A stretch of DNA of 64,000 nucleotides. Source: an uncultured Candidatus Saccharibacteria bacterium (GTDB lineage: Bacteria; Patescibacteriota; Minisyncoccia; CAIUEV01; JAHKAQ01). Below the pieces are notes generated by a model that made no database searches, was not told where the DNA came from, and worked only from the letters and a program-made list of their open reading frames with translations. The position numbers and the translations under genes were made by a program. Of this stretch, positions 1-8,861 are shown in pieces. The stretch is from contig CAZRBB010000003.1 in the NCBI GenBank assembly GCA_964598205.1, positions 115,186 through 179,185 of the forward strand, in the 5' to 3' direction. Within the stretch, counting starts at the first letter, position 1; the number at the start of each line of letters is the position of its first letter.

Positions 1-772
1 ACGGTTTCTGAGTATTTTTATCTATAATAATATCCGATCGAGACCAGGATAGCCCCAATGCGTTACTGGTATTAATGGCTATTTGTTTTATATGTTTGGG
101 GATTTTGATTGGATCAACAAATATTTCTTCTGCTCCATTACAGGTATTGTTGCGAAATTCTCCTTTGCAAGGATAACTTTTTTCACCAGAAACAACTACT
201 CCATTGGCAACCATTATTCCCCAATCGTATTCATTGGGAATGTATTTTTGAAAAATAAATTTCTTGTGCCCTGGAAGGTCTTTTATTTTTCGGAGAAGTT
301 CCTTTTTGGTGGCCACTTTTACCGAATGTGTTCCTCGCGATCCTCTAATATCTTTAATTACCAGCGGGTATCCGCAAATTTTTTGGATTTGGAGGAGTTT
401 TTTTTCTACTTCCTCGTTGCCAACAAACAGCGTGCTTGGAGTAGGGATTCCTTTTAAGGCAAAGAACATGTGGTCGGTTATTTTTGATGTACCTTTTTCT
501 ACATGAGTGTGGGGAACTTGATATTGTTCTAAATACAATTGAATAGCATAAGCTAAATCTCTTGAACTCCAAGAAGAGCAAAGCCAAACAAAAGAAAATT
601 CACGAATATCCACTCCTTTGTGGGTAATCGCTACTTTTCCATTTTGAAAAATGATTTCTAAGTTTTTGTATCGACCCTTGGTTAATGCTATGGGAAAGGA
701 GAACCTGTCTACTACTTGTTGCATATTAAGCACTGATGGCAGTACTAATAATTTGAATATTTTTTTTTGCAT
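1..772 (-). CDS. ATP-grasp domain protein (RimK/DdlA-like fold), partial. The C-terminus runs off the window start, so it is absent from the ORF track because no stop lies in the window.
   Basis: Manual minus-strand translation from ATG at 772-770 gives an uninterrupted ~257-codon frame (MQKKIFKLLVLPSVLNMQQVVDRFSFPIALTKGRYKNLEIIFQNGKVAITHKGVDIREFS...KKELLRKIKDLPGHKKFIFQKYIPNEYDWGIMVANGVVVSGEKSYP...). This matches an ATP-grasp-like layout: pre-ATP-grasp region, K-rich ATP-binding stretch, then an E/N-containing C-terminal region. Confidence 0.5.
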   Translation of the reverse strand, partial: MQKKIFKLLVLPSVLNMQQVVDRFSFPIALTKGRYKNLEIIFQNGKVAITHKGVDIREFSFVWLCSSWSSRDLAYAIQLYLEQYQVPHTHVEKGTSKITDHMFFALKGIPTPSTLFVGNEEVEKKLLQIQKICGYPLVIKDIRGSRGTHSVKVATKKELLRKIKDLPGHKKFIFQKYIPNEYDWGIMVANGVVVSGEKSYPCKGEFRNNTCNGAEEIFVDPIKIPKHIKQIAINTSNALGLSWSRSDIIIDKNTQKP

Positions 773-870
773 ATAAAATGAATAGTGATGAAATATTTTC
801 AATATTTGAACGCTTAAAAACCAAAAACATTGAATTTTTGGAGCCAAAATCCAACACTTAATTATTTTTT

Positions 871-1638
871 TTAAACTTCGATTTTAGAAAAAAGATAACT
901 GCCGATTGCTAAGGCAATGACCGTGAAGGAAAGTAGCACGAAAAAATCGGTTTGGAAAGTAAAGTGCATTTGAGCAGAAAGAATTCCTCGAATACCATCC
1001 ACTCCATAAGACAGGGGGTTAATATAGGTGATTGTCTGAATTGCTGGCGGAAGGCCGCCTAATGGGAACAAGGCTCCAGAAAGAAAGAAAAGGGGCATAA
1101 TCAGAAAATTGATAATCAACGGAAAAGCTTGCATGTCTTCCATTCGAGAAGCAATGGCTGTTCCAAAGGCGGTAAAAAAGGTGGCCATTAAAATCATATA
1201 AACAATTGCTAAAGGAGCAGTAAGAACATTTTCTGGCCGAAAGCCAACTAAAAGCGCAATGAAGAAAACCACAATTCCTTGGATAGTAGCAACGGTGGCT
1301 CCTCCAAAAGTTCGGCCAAGCATAATTGTCCAGCGAGGAACAGGAGCGACTAAGGTTTCTTTAAGAAAGCCAAACTGCCTGTCGTAAATAACTTCTATTC
1401 CAGCAAACATAGCGGTAAAAATAATGCTCATGGCAATAATTCCAGGGGCAATAAACTGAATGTAATTACCTTCGCCAGCTTTTTGGTAGATTGGTCCAAA
1501 GCCAAAACCTAGGGCCACCAAAAAAAGAACTGGTTGAGCCAAGGAGCCGATCATTCTGGCTCGGGAACGAGAGTACCTTTTAAGCTGGCGAAGCCAAAGG
1601 ATGTAAATGACTTTTGAATATTTTTTTATTTTTTCCAT
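871..1638 (-). CDS. ABC-2 type transporter permease
   Basis: 255 aa with 6 predicted TM helices. ABC-2 permease-like sequence directly downstream of, and overlapping, an ABC ATPase gene. Confidence 0.75.
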   Translation of the reverse strand: MEKIKKYSKVIYILWLRQLKRYSRSRARMIGSLAQPVLFLVALGFGFGPIYQKAGEGNYIQFIAPGIIAMSIIFTAMFAGIEVIYDRQFGFLKETLVAPVPRWTIMLGRTFGGATVATIQGIVVFFIALLVGFRPENVLTAPLAIVYMILMATFFTAFGTAIASRMEDMQAFPLIINFLIMPLFFLSGALFPLGGLPPAIQTITYINPLSYGVDGIRGILSAQMHFTFQTDFFVLLSFTVIALAIGSYLFSKIEV

Positions 1639-2417
1639 ACGCGTCTCATGTCTCTTAATTTATCTATTCCCTTGGCGCTTTCTTCTCGGATCTGTTTACC
1701 AGTAAGCAAAAGAAAAGCTTCTTCCAATGTCTTAGTGGCAGTTTTTTCTTGAAGTTCCTTGGCCGTTCCTTGGGCCACGATTTCCCCATTATCTATAATA
1801 GCGATTTGGTTGGCCATTCTTTGGGCCTCTTCCATGTAATGAGTGCTAAAAAAAACGGTAATGCCTTCTTTTTGGTTCATGTCTTTGATGTAGCTCCATA
1901 AGTGGTTTCTAGTTTGTGGGTCTAGTCCAATAGTTGGTTCATCTAGGAAAATTATTTTTGGGTGATGAAGCAATCCCCTGGCAATTTCGAGGCGCCTCTT
2001 CATGCCTCCAGAAAATTCTTTTACTAGATCGTTGCGACGATTTTCTAGTTCTACTATTTGCAAGAGTTCATCGATTCTTAATCGGCGGATCTTTCAGCGA
2101 ACATCATAAAGAACCCCATGGAATTCTAGGTTTTCAAAGGCAGTTAGTTCGTCGTCTAAACTTGGGTCTTGAAAAATTATACCAAAAGAACGACGGACAT
2201 CGTCTGGGTTAGTTACCGGATCAAAACCATTGATTAGAATTTTTCCACTAGTTGGCTTAAGGAGGGTGGTGAACATTTTAATAGTAGTGGTTTTTCCGGC
2301 ACCATTGGGACCAAGGAACGCAAAAATTCCTCCTTTTTTTACACTAAAAGAGATGTTATTAACGGCGGTAATGTCGTTGAATTTTTTTGTTAGATTTTTA
2401 ACTTCGATAATATTCAT
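1626..2417 (-). pseudogene. ABC transporter ATP-binding protein interrupted by one in-frame TGA (stop at 2094-2096). The N-terminal part is 2097-2417 and the C-terminal part 1626-2093, in the same frame.
   Basis: Walker A GPNGAGKTT lies in the 2094..2417 fragment. ABC signature LSGGMKRRLEIARGL and Walker B IIFLDEPTIGLD lie in the 1626..2063 fragment. Reading through gives ...YDVR*KIRRLRIDELLQIVELENRR..., and 2063 and 2096 are in the same frame. Confidence 0.6.
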
Positions 2418-2787
2418 TTTTCAATTAAACTACATAAACGGTGATGGGGCAATTTGTTCGTGGAAGGCTTTATCTTACTGGATTTATGCCACTTTTTATT
2501 TTGCGTGGTAGAATTAAGACATGAAAAATAGGATAAAAATATTTTTTGGTGTTTTGGGAAAAGGAGGAAGCGCGGAGATTGATGGAGAAAGAAAGCATTT
2601 GCATTCGGTTAGTTTGGCACAAAAATAAGTGACGCCATTTGTCTTTGGATTATATTTGGGGGTATGAGAGAGCGTTCAAAAATGGAATTGCTCTTGAACT
2701 ACTGGAAAAAAACCGTTGTTATGTTAAAATGGCGATTATAATAGGAATAGATAAGAAAAAATTTAAGGCGCATTTACGCTGGCTGTT

Positions 2788-4368
2788 GTGGTTTTGTTTT
2801 TTATTTGCTTGCGGTTTTGGCGTCAATTAAACATTGAATTGGTGAGTATAGGACTTGTTTTGGTCTTTCTCTTTATCTTGATAGCATCGATCATTACACC
2901 TCAATTTGTGGTTTTTTTTCTTGTTCTAAATTTGTTTTTGGGATTTTCTTTGTCTTTGTTTCAGATGGTGATTGTTTTTCTTCCAAAATTTAAAGCAAAA
3001 TACGGTAAAGTTAAAAATCAACCATTTGTTTCGGTTTTTGTTCCCGCCTACAACGAACCTCCAATTATCTTGATGCATGTTTTGGATATGCTATCTCAAA
3101 TGGACTATAAGAGATTCGAAGTGTTGGTAATAGACAATAATACCGAGGACCCCGATATTTGGAAGCCTGTTTTATCTTTTGTAAAGACATTGGGTCCCAA
3201 ATTTAAATTTTTTCATGTAGATGGTCTTCCTGGATTCAAGGCGGGAGCTCTTAATTATCTTCTGGATCACATTAATCCCAAATCAAAATATGTAGCGGTA
3301 ATTGATGCTGATTATGTTGTAAAAAGGGATTTTTTAAAGAAATCTTTGGCCTATTTTACGGATAATAAAACGGCTTTTGTGCAGTTTCCTCAACGATATA
3401 GAAATATTGCTAACGGAAACAAATCAATTGCCGACGAGTATCGACATTTTTTTTGTGTTTATATGAATATGGCTAATCATTTAGATTGTGTGCCGTCAAC
3501 GGGAACGGTGAGTGTTTATAAATTAGCTGTTTTGCGTCAAATAGGAGGATTTCATGGTGATGTATTGACCGAGGATGCTGATTTTGGATTAAGGATTTAT
3601 GGTGCTGGGTATCAAGGTTTATATGTTGATCAATCGATGGGCTATGGTCTTATGCCTTATGATCTGGAAGCTTATAAAAAACAAAAGTGGCGCTGGGCTT
3701 TTGGAAATGCGCAAACATTAAAAACTCTTTTTTTATTGCTTCCTAAAATTCCATTTAAATCTTGGATTGGTTTTCTTTCTCATCTTACAGCTTGGCATCA
3801 TTTTAATTTTTTGCCTTTTGCTACAATAGCCGCTTTTCCGGTAATTCTATTTTTAAAGATTCCGATTGTTCATTCCTATGAGCAAATTTTAATGTTTGCT
3901 TCCCTGTCTATTCTTATAACACTAGTGTCTAAGATGTTTCTTTTTTGGGCATCGCTAAGGAAGCAAAAAAAATGTTTTATTCGAGCTATTCGAGCATTCA
4001 TTGTCCATATGGGCATGACGCTAGTGTATTCTGGAGCTTGGATTTCTTATGCTTTTCAGAAAAACTTTTCTTTTGAAAGAACTAATAAATTTGTTTTAGA
4101 AAAAAAGCCAAGCCTACTAAAGAATACATATAGCGAGTTTTTTCTTGGAAGCTGGTTTCTTGTCGGCGCGGTTTTATCGGCGTATTATGGTTACGCAATG
4201 GAGACGATTGTTTTTTTACTTTCTGCTTCTGCGCTGTTTTCTATTTACTTTGTTTATTGGAAGATAGTTCCAACAAAAAAATACTCCAAGGATATTCTTT
4301 TTGGGTTGGAAAATAAATATCAAGCGTTTATTGACAAAAATACAGGGAAAATTCGGGGTAGCGGTTGA
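2788..4368 (+). CDS. Family 2 glycosyltransferase, membrane-bound processive type (cellulose/chitin synthase-like). The start codon is uncertain (TTG/GTG).
   Basis: VPAYNEPP, DADY(V), and Q(K)xRW as KQKWRWAFG; N- and C-terminal TM helices. Confidence 0.75.
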   Translation: MVLFFICLRFWRQLNIELVSIGLVLVFLFILIASIITPQFVVFFLVLNLFLGFSLSLFQMVIVFLPKFKAKYGKVKNQPFVSVFVPAYNEPPIILMHVLDMLSQMDYKRFEVLVIDNNTEDPDIWKPVLSFVKTLGPKFKFFHVDGLPGFKAGALNYLLDHINPKSKYVAVIDADYVVKRDFLKKSLAYFTDNKTAFVQFPQRYRNIANGNKSIADEYRHFFCVYMNMANHLDCVPSTGTVSVYKLAVLRQIGGFHGDVLTEDADFGLRIYGAGYQGLYVDQSMGYGLMPYDLEAYKKQKWRWAFGNAQTLKTLFLLLPKIPFKSWIGFLSHLTAWHHFNFLPFATIAAFPVILFLKIPIVHSYEQILMFASLSILITLVSKMFLFWASLRKQKKCFIRAIRAFIVHMGMTLVYSGAWISYAFQKNFSFERTNKFVLEKKPSLLKNTYSEFFLGSWFLVGAVLSAYYGYAMETIVFLLSASALFSIYFVYWKIVPTKKYSKDILFGLENKYQAFIDKNTGKIRGSG

Positions 4369-4397
4369 AAACTGAGATATAAAATTACAACATATTT

Positions 4398-5432
4398 ATG
4401 AAGATAGCTCTATTGGCCCCTCTTTGGAAAAAGATTCCACCAGATAAATATGGAGGTTCGGAGTTGGTGGTTGCTAATTTGGCCAAAGGGCTAACAAACC
4501 TTGGGCACGAAGTAACAACCTTTGCTTGTGCTGGATCAAATGTTTCTGGGAAACTTATTCCGGTGATCCCAGAGCCAATGTACGATTTAGTTGGTGGATT
4601 TGATTGGAACGGGATTAAGCAGTACGAATTTTTATCTTTTTTTGAATTAGGGAAACATATTGGGGATTTTGATGTGGTACATAACCACATGGGGTTTCAT
4701 CCTGTTGCGCTTGCTCCTTTTATTTCCATTCCTTTTGTAACAACTCTGCACAGCAGTTTACCACCAGACTTTCCTTTTTTGGCTGAAGCTTTCCGGGAGT
4801 ATCCTTTTATTTCGATTAGTAATTCTCAACGGAATTTGGCTCCTAAATTAAATTATGTAGAAACGGTTTATCATGGAATTGATACAGAGGCTTTTCTAAA
4901 AGATTTTAGAAAACATGACAATGAATTTTTCTTTTTAGGGACTCTTTCTAAAAATAAAGGAATTGATATTGCAGTGCGAGGAGCTAAGGCATTGGGTGCG
5001 CGACTCACCATTGCTGGAGAGATCCGTGAGGAGGATAAGGCGTTTTTGGAAAGCGAGGTTCTCCCTTTTGTTGATGGGGAACGGATTCGTTTTATAGGAG
5101 AGGTTTCTCATGCGGAAAAAATGAAGCTTCTTAATAATTCTTCGGCGCTTCTTTTTCCATCGCGCTGGAGTGAAGCTTTTGGCTTGGTAATGGTTGAGGC
5201 TCTGGCTTGTGGTACGCCGGTAGTGGCCTTAAACAACGGGGCGGTATCCGAGGTTTTGCGTCACGAGAAAACTGGTTTTATTGCGGAAAACGAAGATCAA
5301 TTCATTGAATCAATGAAGCGAGTAGGAGAGATTTCTCGGGAAGCGTGTCGTGATGAGGCTGAAAAGAGATTTGATATTTCGGTTATGGCAACTAATCATT
5401 TAGAGGTATATAAAAAATTAATAACAAAATAA
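4398..5432 (+). CDS. Glycosyltransferase family 4 (GT-B)
   Basis: C-terminal EAFGLVMVEALACGTPVVA motif typical of GT4 and a GT-B fold layout. Tandem paralog of the next gene. Confidence 0.8.
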   Translation: MKIALLAPLWKKIPPDKYGGSELVVANLAKGLTNLGHEVTTFACAGSNVSGKLIPVIPEPMYDLVGGFDWNGIKQYEFLSFFELGKHIGDFDVVHNHMGFHPVALAPFISIPFVTTLHSSLPPDFPFLAEAFREYPFISISNSQRNLAPKLNYVETVYHGIDTEAFLKDFRKHDNEFFFLGTLSKNKGIDIAVRGAKALGARLTIAGEIREEDKAFLESEVLPFVDGERIRFIGEVSHAEKMKLLNNSSALLFPSRWSEAFGLVMVEALACGTPVVALNNGAVSEVLRHEKTGFIAENEDQFIESMKRVGEISREACRDEAEKRFDISVMATNHLEVYKKLITK

Positions 5433-5434
5433 CA

Positions 5435-6496
5435 ATGAAAATAGCTATTGTTTCTCCGGTAATGGTTGTGGTCCCTCCTATAAAATATGGTGGGATCGAA
5501 AGAATAATCGATGAATTGGCTCAGGGATTAGCTCAAAGAGGGCACGAAGTAACGGTTTTTTGTGCTGGAGGCTCTACTCTTACGGGAGAAAATATTACTC
5601 GAGTTGAATGTTCGCCGTATCCTACTAAAGATCGATTAGAGGAAAATCGTGCTTGGGAAATTCGGCAATTACTTTTGGTACTTGGTCGGCAAGGTGAATT
5701 CGATGTGATCCATTTTAATTATGAACCGCTGGTGTGCCGATTGAATGCCGAGGGAACAAGTGTGAATTTGCTTGATTTTTTCACCACTCCGGTGGCGGCG
5801 ACTTTTCACAATACAACGCATATTCCCGAGCATGTGGAATATTACAAAAAAACTGAATCGCTATATCGTCATAACATGATATTGATCAGCGAAAATCAGC
5901 GACAACCGGTATCGTTTTTTCCCAACTCTAGCGTGATCTATAATGCTTTGGCCCTAAAGGAGTATCCCTTTGAAGAAAAAAAGGAAGATTTTTTGTTGTT
6001 TCTTGGAAGAATTACTCCCTTTAAGGGAATTATTGAAGCAATAGAAGTGGCTAAGAAAACAAAGATTCCTCTAAAAATTGTAGCAAAGGTAGATCCTGTT
6101 GATAAAGAATTTTACGAAAAAGAAGTGGCGCCATTGATTGATGGAGAATTAGTGCAGTATATGGGGGAAGCGGATTTTAAAGAAAAAATTGAATATTACA
6201 AGAAGGCGCGTTGTCTTTTGTTTCCTATTCTTTGGGAAGAGCCGTTTGGCTTGGTAATGATTGAAGCCTTGGCTTGTGGTACGCCGGTAATTGCTTTCCG
6301 TCGGGGATCGGTTCCAGAGATTATTCAAGACGGTGTTAATGGGTTTGTGGTGGAGAATACGGAAGAAATGATAGAGGCGCTAGACAAGTTGAAGAATATA
6401 TTGCCAGTTAATTGTAGGAAAAGTGTAGAAGAACGATTTACGGTGGAGCGAATGGTGGGAGAATACGAAAATCTTTTAATTAAAATTGCTAAATAG
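5435..6496 (+). CDS. Glycosyltransferase family 4 (GT-B), paralog
   Basis: EPFGLVMIEALACGTPVIA motif. N-terminus shares KYGG(S/I)E with the upstream GT4. Confidence 0.8.
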   Translation: MKIAIVSPVMVVVPPIKYGGIERIIDELAQGLAQRGHEVTVFCAGGSTLTGENITRVECSPYPTKDRLEENRAWEIRQLLLVLGRQGEFDVIHFNYEPLVCRLNAEGTSVNLLDFFTTPVAATFHNTTHIPEHVEYYKKTESLYRHNMILISENQRQPVSFFPNSSVIYNALALKEYPFEEKKEDFLLFLGRITPFKGIIEAIEVAKKTKIPLKIVAKVDPVDKEFYEKEVAPLIDGELVQYMGEADFKEKIEYYKKARCLLFPILWEEPFGLVMIEALACGTPVIAFRRGSVPEIIQDGVNGFVVENTEEMIEALDKLKNILPVNCRKSVEERFTVERMVGEYENLLIKIAK

Positions 6497-6508
6497 GGCT
6501 AAAAAATG

Positions 6509-6545
6509 AAAAGGCTTTTAGATTTTTTTCTAAAAGCCTTTTTAA
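6509..6545. terminator. Bidirectional rho-independent terminator between convergent genes
   Basis: 12-bp stem aaaaggctttta/taaaagcctttt with a T-run on the plus side and an A-run read as U on the minus side. Confidence 0.6.
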
Positions 6546-6592
6546 GATTGTTGGTTTATTTGATTCAAAACTTAACTCCTTCTTTGTATTTG

Positions 6593-7180
6593 TTAGGAAA
6601 TAAGCCGAAGGCCGATGGCAACGGCTTCTTCTATGGTGGTGTTAAAGGCGGTGGCGATTTTTTTAGCCTTTGCCAGTGATCCTTGTTGGCGATTTTTTAA
6701 GCCAACAAACCAGGCCGAGGAAACGCCAGTGTCTTTAAAGAAGGCGAGTTGGTTGGTAGGTTTACCTTCTTTTTTTGCTCTCTTCTTCCATTCTTCGATT
6801 TGGATTTTTATAAAAGTGGCAAAGGCCTTGGCCGCCTGAGGATCCTCTCGGAGATTTCTTTTGATCCCAGAGAGTATTCTGGCGGTTTCCTTTTTGGGAT
6901 CGGGTCTGATGAAAAACTTAATCCCTAGAGCGGTGGGAAAAACTTCTTTTCTTCTATTTCCTGCCTCTCCCCATTTGTAGTAGCAATCAAGACATGCCCA
7001 ATAAAGGGGATCTTTTTTACTGGAACAGATTGGACAGATTATGGCCGACCATTTGGTGTAAGCCATTAGGTCTAGAGCCCCGTAGTCAATACTAACAGGC
7101 ACTTCCATTCCTAGTTGCATTTTTTTTATTTCTCCTTCCTTTTTTAAATTCGGTTGGTAAAGATCCTGTTTAAAAAACAA
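6593..7180 (-). CDS. Hypothetical protein with a zinc-ribbon (CPIC...CLDC) and a basic C-terminal region
   Basis: 195-aa ORF. The Cys pattern is CxxC-(12)-CxxC, and no enzyme motif was recognised. Confidence 0.4.
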   Translation of the reverse strand: MFFKQDLYQPNLKKEGEIKKMQLGMEVPVSIDYGALDLMAYTKWSAIICPICSSKKDPLYWACLDCYYKWGEAGNRRKEVFPTALGIKFFIRPDPKKETARILSGIKRNLREDPQAAKAFATFIKIQIEEWKKRAKKEGKPTNQLAFFKDTGVSSAWFVGLKNRQQGSLAKAKKIATAFNTTIEEAVAIGLRLIS

Positions 7181-7530
7181 ACAGGTCTATTAGTTCTGCG
7201 TTTTAAAAACTTAGAGTGAGCCTAACGAATTGATTTTTTAAAAGCAAAGGATTTTAACTGGTAATGATTGACAATGCTGGCGGGTTTTAATAGCTTACAA
7301 TGAAGGTTCAGAGGGAGTAGGGGCGCTTTACCATGAAAAGAAAACGATAGAGGAACTTCATGGCACGAGATGTTTAAGGCCTTGTATTGGGGTCGCCGAA
7401 GCCTGTGGTCTTGAGGCTAAGGCGATTGGTCGGGTAAATTCCTGCCGATACCGAGAAGAATCAGGTTCTGATTAGGGTTGATGGTACCTGGTACGATTAT
7501 TAAGATCTTTTTCATAATGATTTTGAATAT

Positions 7531-8505
7531 ATGTTAATTGACGAAGTAACAATTAGAGTTTTTTCTGGTAAGGGCGGTGACGGCCGAGCGGCTTTTAATA
7601 AAACCAAAATGAATTTGGGTCCGACTGGGGGCAATGGTGGTGCTGGCGGTAGCGTTTATTTGGAAGGAACGGCAGATATTGGTGCTCTTTCTAGGTTTAG
7701 AGGGGTAAAAGTCTTTAGAGCGGAGTCGGGTCAGCCGGGCGGAACCAAGAATGACGAAGGTAGCGATGGCGATGATTTGATTTTAAAGGTTCCTACGGGA
7801 ACGGTGGTACATTTTTTATCTCCACTAAAAGAAGAGGCGGAAATTACCAAAATCGGTCAAAGATTGTTAGTGGCAGAAGGAGGACGCGGTGGGCGAGGGA
7901 ATTTTCTTTTTCGTTCAGCTCAAAATACTAGCCCTAAAGAATTTGAAAAAGGCACTGAAGGTCAAGAAGTGGAAACTTGTTTGGAATTGAAGTTAATTGC
8001 CGATGTAGGCTTTATTGGTTTTCCCAATGTGGGAAAGTCGAGTCTTTTAAACGAGCTGACCAATGCTAAAAGCAAGGTGGCGAATTATTCTTTTACAACG
8101 CTAGAGCCTAATCTGGGAGTTTTTTATGAATTAATTTTAGCAGATATTCCTGGACTAATAGAAGGAGCCGCTGGTGGCAAGGGGCTGGGAGTAAAGTTTT
8201 TAAGACACATTGAGCGGACAAGTGTTTTTTTCCATTTTGTTTCGGCGGAAACAGCAGATCCAGTTAGTGATTACAAGGCGGTAAGAAAGGAATTAGAGCT
8301 GTATAATTCTAAGCTTTTAGAAAAAAAGGAATATATTTTTCTTTCTAAAAGCGACATGATAGAGCCAAAGGAATTAGAAAAAAAGATTAAGGAATTAAAG
8401 AAAATTAACTCTCAGATATTTGCACTTTCCGTTTTGGACGAAGAAAGCTTAGAGACAGTTAGAAAGATTCTAAGAGAAATTATTAAAGAAAAGAAGGCAA
8501 AATAA
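7531..8505 (+). CDS. obg: GTPase Obg (short form without the C-terminal TGS domain)
   Basis: Gly-rich Obg fold at the N-terminus (GKGGDG, GGNGGAGG), then G motifs GFPNVGKSS and DIPG. Confidence 0.9.
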   Translation: MLIDEVTIRVFSGKGGDGRAAFNKTKMNLGPTGGNGGAGGSVYLEGTADIGALSRFRGVKVFRAESGQPGGTKNDEGSDGDDLILKVPTGTVVHFLSPLKEEAEITKIGQRLLVAEGGRGGRGNFLFRSAQNTSPKEFEKGTEGQEVETCLELKLIADVGFIGFPNVGKSSLLNELTNAKSKVANYSFTTLEPNLGVFYELILADIPGLIEGAAGGKGLGVKFLRHIERTSVFFHFVSAETADPVSDYKAVRKELELYNSKLLEKKEYIFLSKSDMIEPKELEKKIKELKKINSQIFALSVLDEESLETVRKILREIIKEKKAK

Positions 8506-8618
8506 TTGACATATTTTTATTTTTGTGGCAGACTGAGTTTTCATTAAAGACCGTGGGCTCTTAACCAGATAAAGAGTCTTGGTTGAGAGGCAGTAAATTG
8601 AATTTTGTCATTCTTTAT

Positions 8619-8642
8619 AACCGCCTTTTGAGCGGTTTTTGT
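8619..8642 (+). terminator. Rho-independent terminator
   Basis: aaccgc-cttttga-gcggtt followed by tttttgtt. Confidence 0.55.
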
Positions 8643-8651
8643 TATGAAAAA

Positions 8652-8770
8652 AGCACTTTCGCACTCGGCACATTTCTTTGTTAAAATCTTCGTCGTTTGC
8701 TTACCGTAACTTAATTACGCTTGGCTTGCTTCCTTGGTTTTGTTTCGAACTGTGCCAAATGTGAAAGTAC
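8652..8770 (+). repeat. Dispersed TIR repeat family, copy A (diverged termini gcactttcgcac / gtgaaagtac, still mutually complementary)
   Basis: Shares the core cacatttctttgttaaaa...ccgtaac(t)taattacg...ggttttg..tcgaact with copies C and G. Confidence 0.8.
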
Positions 8771-8861
8771 TTAAGAGGCGATGCTTTGCTTGGTTTATAT
8801 TTAAACAAGTAAGCGCTGAAGAATTTAAGAAAATTTTTAGATAATAATAATATTTTTTCCA

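Noticed and set aside
83-587. Plus-strand ORFs 83..457 and 264..506, and minus ORF 354..587
   Set aside because: They overlap, in other frames, the long uninterrupted minus-strand ATP-grasp frame (1..772), which has coherent domain-like sequence. They were judged spurious.
1626-2417. Alternative genetic code with TGA as a sense codon (as in Gracilibacteria/SR1)
   Set aside because: aspS terminates with TGA directly before metG, and essentially all long housekeeping ORFs are intact under code 11. Only this one gene has an internal TGA.
2639-2830. 63-aa ORF overlapping the start of the GT2 gene; possible frameshifted N-terminal TM extension
   Set aside because: It is in a different frame with no clear SD, and the GT2 already has two N-terminal TM helices. 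Kept as an unannotated possibility only.
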